A DNA stretch of 64,000 bases from a virus (taxonomy: Duplodnaviria; Caudoviricetes). The position numbers and the translations under genes are program-made. This document shows, piece by piece, positions 44,452 through 53,412 of the stretch. The notes beneath the pieces were generated by a model. The model saw only the letters and a list, made by a program, of their open reading frames with translations. It was not told the origin of the DNA and did no database searches. The stretch lies in the IMG/VR virus record IMGVR_UViG_3300025679_000005; one strand, written 5' to 3'. How positions within the stretch are numbered: the stretch's first letter is position 1; each line of letters starts with the position of its first letter.

Positions 44452-45399
44452 TCATGGTTTCTCGTACAGTTCCTTGTCCAGCCGAAGGAGAATGGGAGCG
44501 TCTTCAAGCTCATTCAAGTAGGGCTGAACCTGTCCTACTCCGTAGAAGGTCCCTGCCAATGCCCCGGTGATGGCGGCGGTTGTGTCCGTGTCCCCGCCAG
44601 CTCGGACAGCGATCTCAACAGCATCGGCAAAGTTGCTGGTGGCCAGAAAACAGAGGAGGGCGGCTGGAACCGTCTGAACCACGTGGGCTCCGGTCCCCAT
44701 CTCCAAAAGAGCCTTCAAGGTTTCCTTGAGGCGGGCGACGGGCTCTGTGGGAAGCTCACTTAGGAGATCCTGGACATCCACGAGCTTCGAGATGATGTCC
44801 CCCTCGTACGTTGTGTAGTACAGGACTCTTCGGATGAAATTGTCGTCGGAGCGTGGGTCCAAGTTTGGCGGAGGGGCATTCACTAGCAGGGCTGTAGCCA
44901 CTGCAATGATAACGGCCCCTTCGACGGATGCCTCCGAGCTGTGCGTGATTCGAGAGTCGATCCTGGCGGCGATGGCGGCCGTTCCTGGGCTGTTGTAGTA
45001 GAACAAGCCCAGGGGGGCGGCCCGCATAGCCGAACCGTTCCCTTCGCTGGGCACACCGGAGTCGAGCCAGTGGTGCCCACTCAGGATACGCTCCAGGGCC
45101 TCCTTGGTGGCTTTGCCCATACCTCTGTGGTCGTTGGAGGCATACCACTCAATGTAGTTCTGAGCTGCCCCTACGGGGTCATAGGTTCCGCTGGCCGCTA
45201 GGCTCGTGGCCAGGGCTGTGGCCATCTTCGTGTCGTCAGTCCACTGCCCTGGCTTCAGATTGGGCTGAAGGGTGTTGATGTCCCATGAGCGGAAGGAACC
45301 ATCCCAGTCCAGCAACGCTTCCGAGGAGAAGTGATGGGTTTCAAAGGGCCCTCCAAGACTATCCCCCACAGCCAGGCCAGTGAGTGTCGCCGGAATCAT
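44452..45399 (-). CDS. ADP-ribosylglycohydrolase (DraG/ARH family)
   Basis: GLAVGDSLG, WTDDT, GNGSAMR, GGDTDT. Confidence 0.93.
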   Translation of the reverse strand: MIPATLTGLAVGDSLGGPFETHHFSSEALLDWDGSFRSWDINTLQPNLKPGQWTDDTKMATALATSLAASGTYDPVGAAQNYIEWYASNDHRGMGKATKEALERILSGHHWLDSGVPSEGNGSAMRAAPLGLFYYNSPGTAAIAARIDSRITHSSEASVEGAVIIAVATALLVNAPPPNLDPRSDDNFIRRVLYYTTYEGDIISKLVDVQDLLSELPTEPVARLKETLKALLEMGTGAHVVQTVPAALLCFLATSNFADAVEIAVRAGGDTDTTAAITGALAGTFYGVGQVQPYLNELEDAPILLRLDKELYEKP

Positions 45400-45646
45400 G
45401 AGACCTCCTTGATGTTACCTGCCACAGCCAGACAAATTTCTATAAAGGCTGCCTGGCTCAGGGTCCACTTCATCTGATTCACGTTTTTGTGTACCCATTG
45501 TATGTTACCCAGATCGTACCCTAGACCACTGTCGATGCGATCTAAAGACCCTGCCATCGTTACAGAAGCTAACGCCAAGACCTTAATTCGACCTATTTCG
45601 CTTCCTACCAGGTCTGTGCCAAAGTTAGTTGGGCTGTGCGGGGCAT
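45396..45646 (-). pseudogene. Decayed HNH-type endonuclease
   Basis: TDLVG..IGRIKV N-terminus joined to SLDRIDS..GY..GNIQWVHK.VN.MK; frameshift after ATG 45646. Confidence 0.65.
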
Positions 45647-45647
45647 C

Positions 45648-45866
45648 CTAGCGCTTTACACCAGGGGAGGTCCTCTCCTTGTAGCGGATCATTGCCTCGA
45701 AGGAATTGACCAAAGGCTCTGGCTGAGGCTCGTGGAAGATGGCCCAGGTAACATCCTGAATCTTCTTCTTGGCCTCCGCCAGCTCCTCTTGCGCTCTATG
45801 CTTTTCCAGTTCGAGGGCTCGACGCCTAGCTAGTCGGATGAGACTGTCGATCTTGCTTCCCACGAC
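45648..45866 (-). CDS. Coiled-coil hypothetical protein
   Basis: ORF track, start revised. Confidence 0.45.
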   Translation of the reverse strand, partial: VVGSKIDSLIRLARRRALELEKHRAQEELAEAKKKIQDVTWAIFHEPQPEPLVNSFEAMIRYKERTSPGVKR

Positions 45867-46215
45867 GCTTGGTCTTCTTTCGGAATTTGCGAGCTTCCTC
45901 GAAGCCTTTGCTGTACTTCGGTTTTTTGAGGCCGTAGTGCACCAGTTCTTCACTCGAAAGCTTTTTGATTACCTTCCTAGCTTTGAGGTAGGCAGCTCGG
46001 AGGGTCCTGCCGTGGATGAATAGCTTGTGCTCTTGGATCCTTCCCAGAGCCAGACACCAGGCTTGTATACTGTCCTTGGCCAGCTCCTCGGCAGTAGGGA
46101 CAATGCCTGCCCTATCCATGATCTCGACGCCGTACAGGAAGACTCTGCTGATCGTCGTCCCAGGTATCTGACTATCCTCCAAGGCCGTGAGGGCCTTGTC
46201 AATATCCCACTTCAT
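45826..46215 (-). CDS. Hypothetical protein
   Basis: MKWDIDKAL...; coupled to upstream stop. Confidence 0.6.
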   Translation of the reverse strand: MKWDIDKALTALEDSQIPGTTISRVFLYGVEIMDRAGIVPTAEELAKDSIQAWCLALGRIQEHKLFIHGRTLRAAYLKARKVIKKLSSEELVHYGLKKPKYSKGFEEARKFRKKTKRRGKQDRQSHPTS

Positions 46216-46424
46216 ATGTTCAGGCCTCGTTGACGTAGGCGAGCAGTCAGGTTCTTGATGGCTCGCATGTCGCTGGGGGAGCCTGCGGTGTGGACCATGT
46301 CCTTGCCATTGGGGGCCAAGAACTTGTAATGCCCCCTGTTGGTTTGGACTGTTTTCCACCCTTGGGTTTTGGCAGCAGCCAAAATATCACGGAAGTCACT
46401 ATTTGTTTCGACTCTAGGTGCCAT
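46212..46424 (-). CDS. HicA-like dsRBD-fold protein
   Basis: GW...T.RGHYKF..PNG...TAGSPSD. Confidence 0.65.
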   Translation of the reverse strand: MAPRVETNSDFRDILAAAKTQGWKTVQTNRGHYKFLAPNGKDMVHTAGSPSDMRAIKNLTARLRQRGLNI

Positions 46425-46547
46425 TGGATTTCTCTTTTCTTTGGGGACGGCATTTCAGGGCCGTCCCAGGTACTAACGACCGCTCCCTCCAGGAACTTAA
46501 GAGGCGATTCCTGAAGAAAAGTTAGCTTGTTCGGTGTATGTTTGATC

Positions 46548-48014
46548 ATGACTACAGCTTTAGAGAGTGACGCATACAAAGCCTCGATGACCGAAGCGGG
46601 TTTCCCGTTGCGAGACGAAAACTTTTACTACGCGCATCGGCGTGGCGGGGCCCAAGGCTGGCACTACATGCCACTTGATGTCAACAAATTCATTCAGAGC
46701 ATCCTACCGACGCCGACGGAAGAGGATTATAACTACCTGAAAGAACACAACTACGAGGCCGGTGCTGGTACTCGTAAGGCCTTCACGCTGAAAGATCAAG
46801 TGAAGATCCTATCCGTACCTCAAGGCGGATGGTTCTACAACCGTGAAGCTGCGTTCAGTGGAAGGGGGCCTTCAACTCTCGTGAGCTGGCTGGAGCCCAA
46901 GACTCTGCAACTGCATCTTCGCATCCAAGTAGCGACGGCGTACATGTCCGCCGACCCTTCTCTAGCCGAAAAGATTCGGTACGTTACATGCGAACGTGAG
47001 AAAGAGATCATCCTGGAAACCCTGGATTCTCTGAAACCTTTGGGCGTTCGGGCCGCCCAAAGGTTTCAGATCGAAGTCTGCGAGCAGCAGTACTATGACG
47101 CCGTATACGCTCGTGCTCGAAAGCTCGTTGACGTGGTGCACAATCCAGATCGCATCTTCGAAGTCGGTATGCGTGGAGTGTCTTGCATGGAGCAGCACGA
47201 GATCGCGCTCCGAGCAATCAAAGATGCGGGCATTCTTCGCACCTCCAATATGGAACTTGCTCGCAGGCTGGGGATGACCCCCGTAGGTACAATGGGTCAC
47301 GAGCACCCTCAGCGGATGGGTGGGGACTACTGTGCTTTTGCCACTATGCGGGATCGTTTTCCAGGCTTCTTGTTCTACTTACCCGACACCTTCGACACTA
47401 TTCGCTCTGGAGTGCCTGCCGCCTTGCGTGCGATTGGGGAAGCCCCCGACCGTAATGCGGGCATTCGTTTCGACTCGGAAGAAGGTATCCGAGGACATTA
47501 CATGTTCACCGTGGTCCGTGCCAGAGAGCTTGGGTTGACACCCAACTTGGCCCTGGAAAGTGGCTGGAACCACGACCTGACTGTAGAATTTGAAGAACTT
47601 CGAAAGCAGATCAAATGGCCGGAAGATCGCCAGTGTTATGGCTTTGGGGGGTTCCTCAATAAAACCCCCTGGCCGTCCTTCGAGCGGGATACCGTCTCCG
47701 CAGTGTGGAAGCTCTCTCAGACAGGAAATCGTGCGGTCATGAAGTTCGGAGATGAGCCCGGTGGGGCCAAGGAGTCTATTCCCGGCCGTCCGCAAATCTA
47801 TCGTCCAAAGCCGGCTGTGCACAGTGATGTGATCGGCTATGTTTACCAAGAAGGCGAGGATCATCCCAACTCTGATGTCTTCTGCCTGAGCGGCCAGGAG
47901 ATGACCTCTCCGCTATACCCAGGCCGTCCAGGATCGTTGGTGTACTCCCCAGAAACTCAGCGTTTGGTGAGCGAGTGTCGTGCCGCCAAGAAGCGTATCC
48001 TGGAGGAGTGCTGA
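46548..48014 (+). CDS. pncB: Nicotinate phosphoribosyltransferase-like (PncB/NAPRTase family)
   Basis: SDAYK, TSN, GTMGHE, LPDTFD, IRFDS; directly upstream of nadE. Confidence 0.8.
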   Translation: MTTALESDAYKASMTEAGFPLRDENFYYAHRRGGAQGWHYMPLDVNKFIQSILPTPTEEDYNYLKEHNYEAGAGTRKAFTLKDQVKILSVPQGGWFYNREAAFSGRGPSTLVSWLEPKTLQLHLRIQVATAYMSADPSLAEKIRYVTCEREKEIILETLDSLKPLGVRAAQRFQIEVCEQQYYDAVYARARKLVDVVHNPDRIFEVGMRGVSCMEQHEIALRAIKDAGILRTSNMELARRLGMTPVGTMGHEHPQRMGGDYCAFATMRDRFPGFLFYLPDTFDTIRSGVPAALRAIGEAPDRNAGIRFDSEEGIRGHYMFTVVRARELGLTPNLALESGWNHDLTVEFEELRKQIKWPEDRQCYGFGGFLNKTPWPSFERDTVSAVWKLSQTGNRAVMKFGDEPGGAKESIPGRPQIYRPKPAVHSDVIGYVYQEGEDHPNSDVFCLSGQEMTSPLYPGRPGSLVYSPETQRLVSECRAAKKRILEEC

Positions 48015-48015
48015 T

Positions 48016-49992
48016 ATGCACCTTCTAAAGGTAGGGACAGCTTCCGTCAATCAGGCCCCTCTCGATTGGACGGGTAACTACGAGAACATCGTCGAAGCCA
48101 TTAACATGGCGGCGGCAGAAGGAGTGCAGATCCTCTGCCTCCCGGAGCTGTGCATCACCGGCTACGGGTGTGAGGATCACTTTCACTCGTACGATGTTCA
48201 GCAGACGGCGCTCCAAGTTCTGAAGATGATCGCCAAGGACATCTCCGAGGCAGAGCTGAAGATCAAGGTCTGTGTAGGGTTGCCGTTCTTGCACAACAAC
48301 GCCCTGTACAACGTTGTGGCCATGATCGATTCCGGCAGGATCTTAGGGTTCGTACCCAAGCAACATCTAGCCGGCGACGGGCTGCACTACGAGCCTCGTT
48401 GGTTCAAGCCCTGGCCTGCGGGTCATCAGGACGTAACCAACTTCATCGACGACGAACTCTACGTCCCGATTGGAGACATGATCTTCGAATTCCGTCACAC
48501 GGGGGAGTCAGCCGTCGTGCGGGTAGGCTTCGAAATCTGTGAAGACGCCTGGGTGGCCAACCGTCCTGGTGCTCTGCTCTCTCAGTACGGGGTAGACATC
48601 ACGATGAACCCCTCGGCTTCCCACTTTGCTTTCGGCAAGTATGAGGTCCGTCAAAGGTTCGTCATGGAAGGGTCCCGAGCTTTCGGCACAACCTATCTCT
48701 ACGCGAACTTGCTGGGCAATGAAGCCGGGCGGGCTATCTACGACGGCGGTAACCTCATCGCTACCAAAGGGAGCATCGTAGGGTTTGGGCGACGATTTTC
48801 GTTCAAACCTGTGGAACTCCTGACGGCGGTCATCGACATTGATGCCACGAGGACTCAGCAGTCTGCCACGGCCAGCTTCACGCCTAAGTTGGGGAAGTGT
48901 CGTGTCATGCAAGGGTATCAGGCCCTGGAGGCCACCGAAGAAGGGGTATCCAACGGGCATGCCATACAGGAGGACGAGACCCACGACGAATTCACCAACG
49001 CCATCTCCTTGGCCTTGTGTGACTACATGCGTAAAGCCCATTCTAAGGGGTTTGTGATCTCCCTCAGCGGTGGGGCTGACTCGGCCGCTTGTGCCGTGCT
49101 GGTCCGAAAGATGTGGGACATCGGTGTGGACACCTTTGGGGAAGAGCTGTTCCTCGAACACTTGGGACTCGAACCTGGAACAGGGTTCAAGGACATCCTC
49201 ACGTGCATGTACCAAGGCACCAAGAACAGCTCTGACGTGACTTTAAACGCAGCAACAGTCGTTGCCGAAGAGCTGGGGGCCAAGTTCTTGATCGTCTCCG
49301 TAGACAGCCTCGTGGAGGGCTACAAATCAATGATGTCGACGGCTTTGGGTCGGGAGCTATCCTGGGAGACTGATGATCTGGCCCTACAAAACATCCAAGC
49401 CCGTGTCCGAGCGCCTAGCATCTGGATGGTAGCAAATGTCGAGGGGAAGCTCCTGATCACTACCAGCAACCGAAGTGAAGCGGCGGTGGGGTATTGTACA
49501 ATGGACGGTGATACCGCCGGCAGTATTGCGCCGATTGGTGGTATCGGCAAAGCCTTCTTGCTCCGTTGGCTACGGGACTCCGCAAGACTAGACTTCCCTT
49601 CCCTGGAAGCTGTGATCAAGCAGAAGCCGACAGCAGAGCTTCGCCCAGGGACTTCGGCGCAGACAGATGAGACCGACCTCATGCCTTACGAAGTTCTAGA
49701 TGCAGTAGAAAAGGAGGCCATTGTGGGCAAGAAGTCTCCAACTGATGTCTACAGGTCTGTTCGTCGTAGGTTCTCAATGTACGCTGAAAAGGACCTTCTT
49801 CTCTGGATCGAGCGGTTTTTTCTTTTATGGGCCAGGAATCAGTGGAAGCGCGATCGGCTTTCCCCAGGATTCCACGTCGATGAAGAAAGTCTTGACCCCA
49901 AAACATGGTGCAGGTTCCCAATCCTCTCAGGAGGCTTCGTCCAAGAGCTTGCCGCACTGCGAGCCTACGCCAAAGCTGAAGGTGTGTGTTGA
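48016..49992 (+). CDS. nadE: Glutamine-dependent NAD+ synthetase
   Basis: Nitrilase domain (LPEL, K, EICED) fused to synthetase (SLSGGADS, NIQARVR, SNRSE, PTAEL). Confidence 0.97.
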   Translation: MHLLKVGTASVNQAPLDWTGNYENIVEAINMAAAEGVQILCLPELCITGYGCEDHFHSYDVQQTALQVLKMIAKDISEAELKIKVCVGLPFLHNNALYNVVAMIDSGRILGFVPKQHLAGDGLHYEPRWFKPWPAGHQDVTNFIDDELYVPIGDMIFEFRHTGESAVVRVGFEICEDAWVANRPGALLSQYGVDITMNPSASHFAFGKYEVRQRFVMEGSRAFGTTYLYANLLGNEAGRAIYDGGNLIATKGSIVGFGRRFSFKPVELLTAVIDIDATRTQQSATASFTPKLGKCRVMQGYQALEATEEGVSNGHAIQEDETHDEFTNAISLALCDYMRKAHSKGFVISLSGGADSAACAVLVRKMWDIGVDTFGEELFLEHLGLEPGTGFKDILTCMYQGTKNSSDVTLNAATVVAEELGAKFLIVSVDSLVEGYKSMMSTALGRELSWETDDLALQNIQARVRAPSIWMVANVEGKLLITTSNRSEAAVGYCTMDGDTAGSIAPIGGIGKAFLLRWLRDSARLDFPSLEAVIKQKPTAELRPGTSAQTDETDLMPYEVLDAVEKEAIVGKKSPTDVYRSVRRRFSMYAEKDLLLWIERFFLLWARNQWKRDRLSPGFHVDEESLDPKTWCRFPILSGGFVQELAALRAYAKAEGVC

Positions 49993-50755
49993 GTGTGGGC
50001 CTAAGCCACTTGAGGCCTTCTACGTAGCCTACACGACTCCTAAGGGCGCCGTGGTATTTAAGTCCAGATGTAAAGAGTGTTACCCAAAAGTCAAGAGTCC
50101 GAACTCAATTCGACTGGCTTCAGAACGCTCTAAAATACAACGAGCTTCTGGGCACAATAAGGCGGCTTTCTTGGTGAAAGACTCCACAAGGGTAGACAGG
50201 GATAAGGGATTGACCTGTGACCTCACAAAGGAATTTGTGGAGGAGCAGCTCGCTAAAGGTTGCTCCTACTGTGATGAGACGGACATACGATGGCTGGGCC
50301 TAGATCGCGTAGACAATTCTTTGGGACACACTCAACACAATGTGGTGCCTGCCTGTGAGCGCTGTAACTATATCCGACGAGACATGCCTTATGAGGCTTG
50401 GCTCTTATTTGTGCCCACTCTCAGGCAGGTGCTGGATTGCGGCGCCTTCGGAGAGTGGTACCCCAATAACGCAAAGTTACGCAAAGGGATCCGACGAGAA
50501 ATGCCTGTGGACGCTAGACTAGGTGCACCACTAACAGAAGCCTTGATCTTAGCCGATGCAGACACATTTTTCAGCGTTTATGGGGAGTGGCCCAAGTCCA
50601 CAGATAAACGCCCAGTTGTTGGTAAGGATGTGACATGGCCTTACTACGACCGTGCCCTTTACTATGGCCTTAGAGGACTTCCCAAAGGAGAGACTACTTT
50701 GGCTCAGCTGCTCCAGGCAGAGCGTGGCGTGCCTAACAGAAAAGGTAAGCGATGA
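49982..50755 (+). CDS. HNH-type homing endonuclease
   Basis: CSYC...LDRVDNSLGH...NVVPACERCN; start overlaps nadE end. Confidence 0.75.
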   Translation: MCVECGPKPLEAFYVAYTTPKGAVVFKSRCKECYPKVKSPNSIRLASERSKIQRASGHNKAAFLVKDSTRVDRDKGLTCDLTKEFVEEQLAKGCSYCDETDIRWLGLDRVDNSLGHTQHNVVPACERCNYIRRDMPYEAWLLFVPTLRQVLDCGAFGEWYPNNAKLRKGIRREMPVDARLGAPLTEALILADADTFFSVYGEWPKSTDKRPVVGKDVTWPYYDRALYYGLRGLPKGETTLAQLLQAERGVPNRKGKR

Positions 50756-51276
50756 GGCGAGTAGAAGCGGACGAGATAGTTCCCAACCTGTGGCAGGGCT
50801 CCTACCCCCGATACGGGGAACATGTTGCTAAGTCGGGCTTCACGCTCTTGGTGTTCTGTGCTGGGGAAATACAGCCTCCAGCAGAGGACTACCCTGGCGT
50901 CAGGATCATCTACGCCCCCAACAGCGATGACTACGTTAGCAAAATGCCTAGGGACCTGCTTCAAATAGCCGTTGAAGCAGCCCACGAGGTAGCTCAGGAA
51001 ATACAGGACGGTGGTAAAGCTCTTGTGACTTGTGCCGCCGGCATCAACCGGTCAGGGCTAGTGTCCGCATTGACCCTGCACTTCCTTCACGGTTGGGCAG
51101 GAACTGAATGCATCGCACGAGTGCAGAAGACTAGGGTCAATCAAAAGCACCACATGGTCGCTTTGGATAACCCTCAGTTCCGAGCTGTCCTAAAGAACCT
51201 CAAGCCTGCGGGCAAGGCCAAAGCGTTACCAGCAGGCTGGGTTGAAAGTGACTCTGGCTTGATCCTACCTGAGTAA
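50752..51276 (+). CDS. Dual-specificity/protein-tyrosine phosphatase family protein
   Basis: CAAGINRS (CX5R) loop. Confidence 0.85.
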   Translation: MRRVEADEIVPNLWQGSYPRYGEHVAKSGFTLLVFCAGEIQPPAEDYPGVRIIYAPNSDDYVSKMPRDLLQIAVEAAHEVAQEIQDGGKALVTCAAGINRSGLVSALTLHFLHGWAGTECIARVQKTRVNQKHHMVALDNPQFRAVLKNLKPAGKAKALPAGWVESDSGLILPE

Positions 51277-51278
51277 CC

Positions 51279-51521
51279 TTACTTAGGTCCGTAGAAACGA
51301 GTCTCAGGATAACCACCGCAAGCAGGACATTGGGGCCCAGGATCCCCTTTAGGGCCTATTGCTGCGAGGAGTTGCCCACCAGTCTTCTCGTACATCCCGG
51401 CCAAAGACACGAGGGTGTCCTCAAGTTGCTCCCGTGTAAAAGGAGGCTCAGTTGGGCAGTCCCCTTGGGTTTGACGGAGCTTAACTGAAGCGACTATGGC
51501 TTTGACGGCTAGTGAATGCAT
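51279..51521 (-). CDS. Hypothetical protein
   Basis: ORF track. Confidence 0.45.
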   Translation of the reverse strand: MHSLAVKAIVASVKLRQTQGDCPTEPPFTREQLEDTLVSLAGMYEKTGGQLLAAIGPKGDPGPQCPACGGYPETRFYGPK

Positions 51522-51524
51522 GAG

Positions 51525-52283
51525 TCAGTCCGGAATCGGTATGTGGGGTTCCATGTAACGAGTCTTGGCCTGAACCTGAACGAAGTCCACGGAGGGGCTG
51601 TCACTCACTATCAGAGCGGTCAGACGCCCACCGTAAACAACACCCGTGTCGATGCCGTAGCAGGTCACACCTTGAGGTCTGACATCGATGCGGGGTGTAG
51701 ACAGGCTGTGAGCTTCGTGGCCATAGACTACATTGTAGGGCCCGTCGTACACTTCCGCCCAATGTGACGCGCCCACAGGTTGGGACAGGTCAGAGTAGTC
51801 CAGAGGGATGTACCCTCCTTCAGCATTGACCCACCTCAGCCGCATGATCTTGTCCTCTGGTTGTCTCCTTAACGGGATCCTTGGCATCAAGCCACCATGG
51901 ACTGCAACCCAATCAAACCTAGGTTTCAGTACAACTGGCAAAGTCTTGATCCATTCCAGATTTCGTGAACCTAGGCTCAAGTTCGCTTGTTCATCTTGGG
52001 GGCTGAAAGGCCGTGTCATAGGATTAATGTAAGCTGAGTCAGCCTGGCTTCGCTCCCAATGACGACGCCATCGAAGGTGGCGCTCCTCATGATTCCCGAG
52101 AATACTCATCAGTCCGTTCACTCTAGCGAACTCGACACAAGCAGCAGGCGACGGCCCCTTGTCCATGAAGTCGCCCAAGCAGATGACCGTGTCGGACTCT
52201 TTCACACAGAGCTTTACGTAAAGCTCTGTGAACTCCTGGATACACCCGTGGATGTCCCCGATGTAGATCGTACGGCCTGACAT
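51525..52283 (-). CDS. Ser/Thr phosphatase/ApaH/Pnkp-phosphatase-like metallophosphoesterase
   Basis: GDIHG, GDFMDKG, GNHE, VHGG, GHE, DTG. Confidence 0.9.
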   Translation of the reverse strand: MSGRTIYIGDIHGCIQEFTELYVKLCVKESDTVICLGDFMDKGPSPAACVEFARVNGLMSILGNHEERHLRWRRHWERSQADSAYINPMTRPFSPQDEQANLSLGSRNLEWIKTLPVVLKPRFDWVAVHGGLMPRIPLRRQPEDKIMRLRWVNAEGGYIPLDYSDLSQPVGASHWAEVYDGPYNVVYGHEAHSLSTPRIDVRPQGVTCYGIDTGVVYGGRLTALIVSDSPSVDFVQVQAKTRYMEPHIPIPD

Positions 52284-52290
52284 GATGGTT

Positions 52291-52318
52291 TCTAACGGCA
52301 ACGGAGCAATAAAGTTAA
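52291..52318 (-). promoter_or_regulatory. Class A promoter variant (CCGTTAGA)
   Basis: ATG at 52283. Confidence 0.65.
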
Positions 52319-52572
52319 GGGTTTCGTTCCCCAACAGCTTGCTTGAGGATCCGGTACACGAGGTCCCATTGACCTCGGACGCGGGGATTGTGGCCAGTGA
52401 TCTGGCCTTTCTTCCAGGTACCTTTATCACCTTTTTTGGTGATGTCCCAGTCATACCCTCGATTCGAGAAGTTTTTTGACAGGGTTCGGCTAAGGGCGAC
52501 CTTCAAAGTGCCCAGGGAGTAGGCCTTGGTCTTGTCGCCCTTGGGCCACATCTGGATCTGGATAACCAACAT
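52315..52572 (-). CDS. Hypothetical protein
   Basis: ORF track. Confidence 0.55.
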   Translation of the reverse strand: MLVIQIQMWPKGDKTKAYSLGTLKVALSRTLSKNFSNRGYDWDITKKGDKGTWKKGQITGHNPRVRGQWDLVYRILKQAVGERNP

Positions 52573-53393
52573 CAGAGGGTGAGGCTCTTCTTCCAGCTAT
52601 CCAGGAAAGAACGGATGGCCTTCTGCCCCTCAATGTTTTCTGAGTGGATGGCATACTCCGGAACCGGACCATTGGGGAACTTCTCCGCAAGCCACTTGAG
52701 GAACACCATCGCCGTGTCCTCACCACCCAGGTCGTGGTCCAGGTCCATCACAGCGGGCAAGCCCTTAGACACAATCAGGAGGCTGGCCTCGGTCGTGGAC
52801 TTGGCTCCGATGTACCCCTCTGGTACCGCTCGACGGGGAACCTCATCCAATTGGTCGTCTAGCCAGAGCTTCCAAGGGAGCTTGAAGGTCTTGGCTCCAA
52901 CGACGCAGAGAGCGCCCAGGCCTCCTAGACCTAGGAAGCTGACAAGACTGCACACCGGGAAGGCCTGCGGCGATACAACCATGATCGCGACCGGCAGCAT
53001 GAACACCAAATGCACGATTTGGTCGATGGCTATGAGCAAGATCTTGCCAAGGGTCGACTCAGCGAAGACCACGAAGTCCGTGAGATTATTCATCGGGCCC
53101 GGCTTCCGGATATACTTCGCCCAGACGAACACGGGAATGTAAGTGTCCTCCATGAAGTGGCTCAGCCAGAGGATGACCGCGGACATGCCGATGACGTACC
53201 AGGCCGGATTCACGAGCATCAACGAAGCACAGCAGATGACCGTGTAGATCAGGCAGTGTCGTGCTCGAACCCAATGGTTCTTCGGTTTCGCCATTGCCTC
53301 CGCATGGGATTGGAAGACCCAGTCAGCTACGAAATGGATCAGAACGAGAAGGGCGAAGATCCCGCCAATTTTTGCAACCACGTCAATGGACAT
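52572..53393 (-). CDS. DUF3307 membrane domain fused to cyclic-phosphate-processing receiver-like domain
   Basis: HFVADWVFQ, H..ID, DQ..H; C-terminal LWLDD..R, LDHDLG, IHSEN. Confidence 0.75.
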   Translation of the reverse strand: MSIDVVAKIGGIFALLVLIHFVADWVFQSHAEAMAKPKNHWVRARHCLIYTVICCASLMLVNPAWYVIGMSAVILWLSHFMEDTYIPVFVWAKYIRKPGPMNNLTDFVVFAESTLGKILLIAIDQIVHLVFMLPVAIMVVSPQAFPVCSLVSFLGLGGLGALCVVGAKTFKLPWKLWLDDQLDEVPRRAVPEGYIGAKSTTEASLLIVSKGLPAVMDLDHDLGGEDTAMVFLKWLAEKFPNGPVPEYAIHSENIEGQKAIRSFLDSWKKSLTL

Positions 53394-53412
53394 GGCTGGA
53401 TACTACACCATT

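Noticed and set aside
49721-49981. N-terminal 87 aa of the 344-aa ORF
   Set aside because: Shadow frame inside nadE; recognisable HNH-type sequence starts near GTG 49982.
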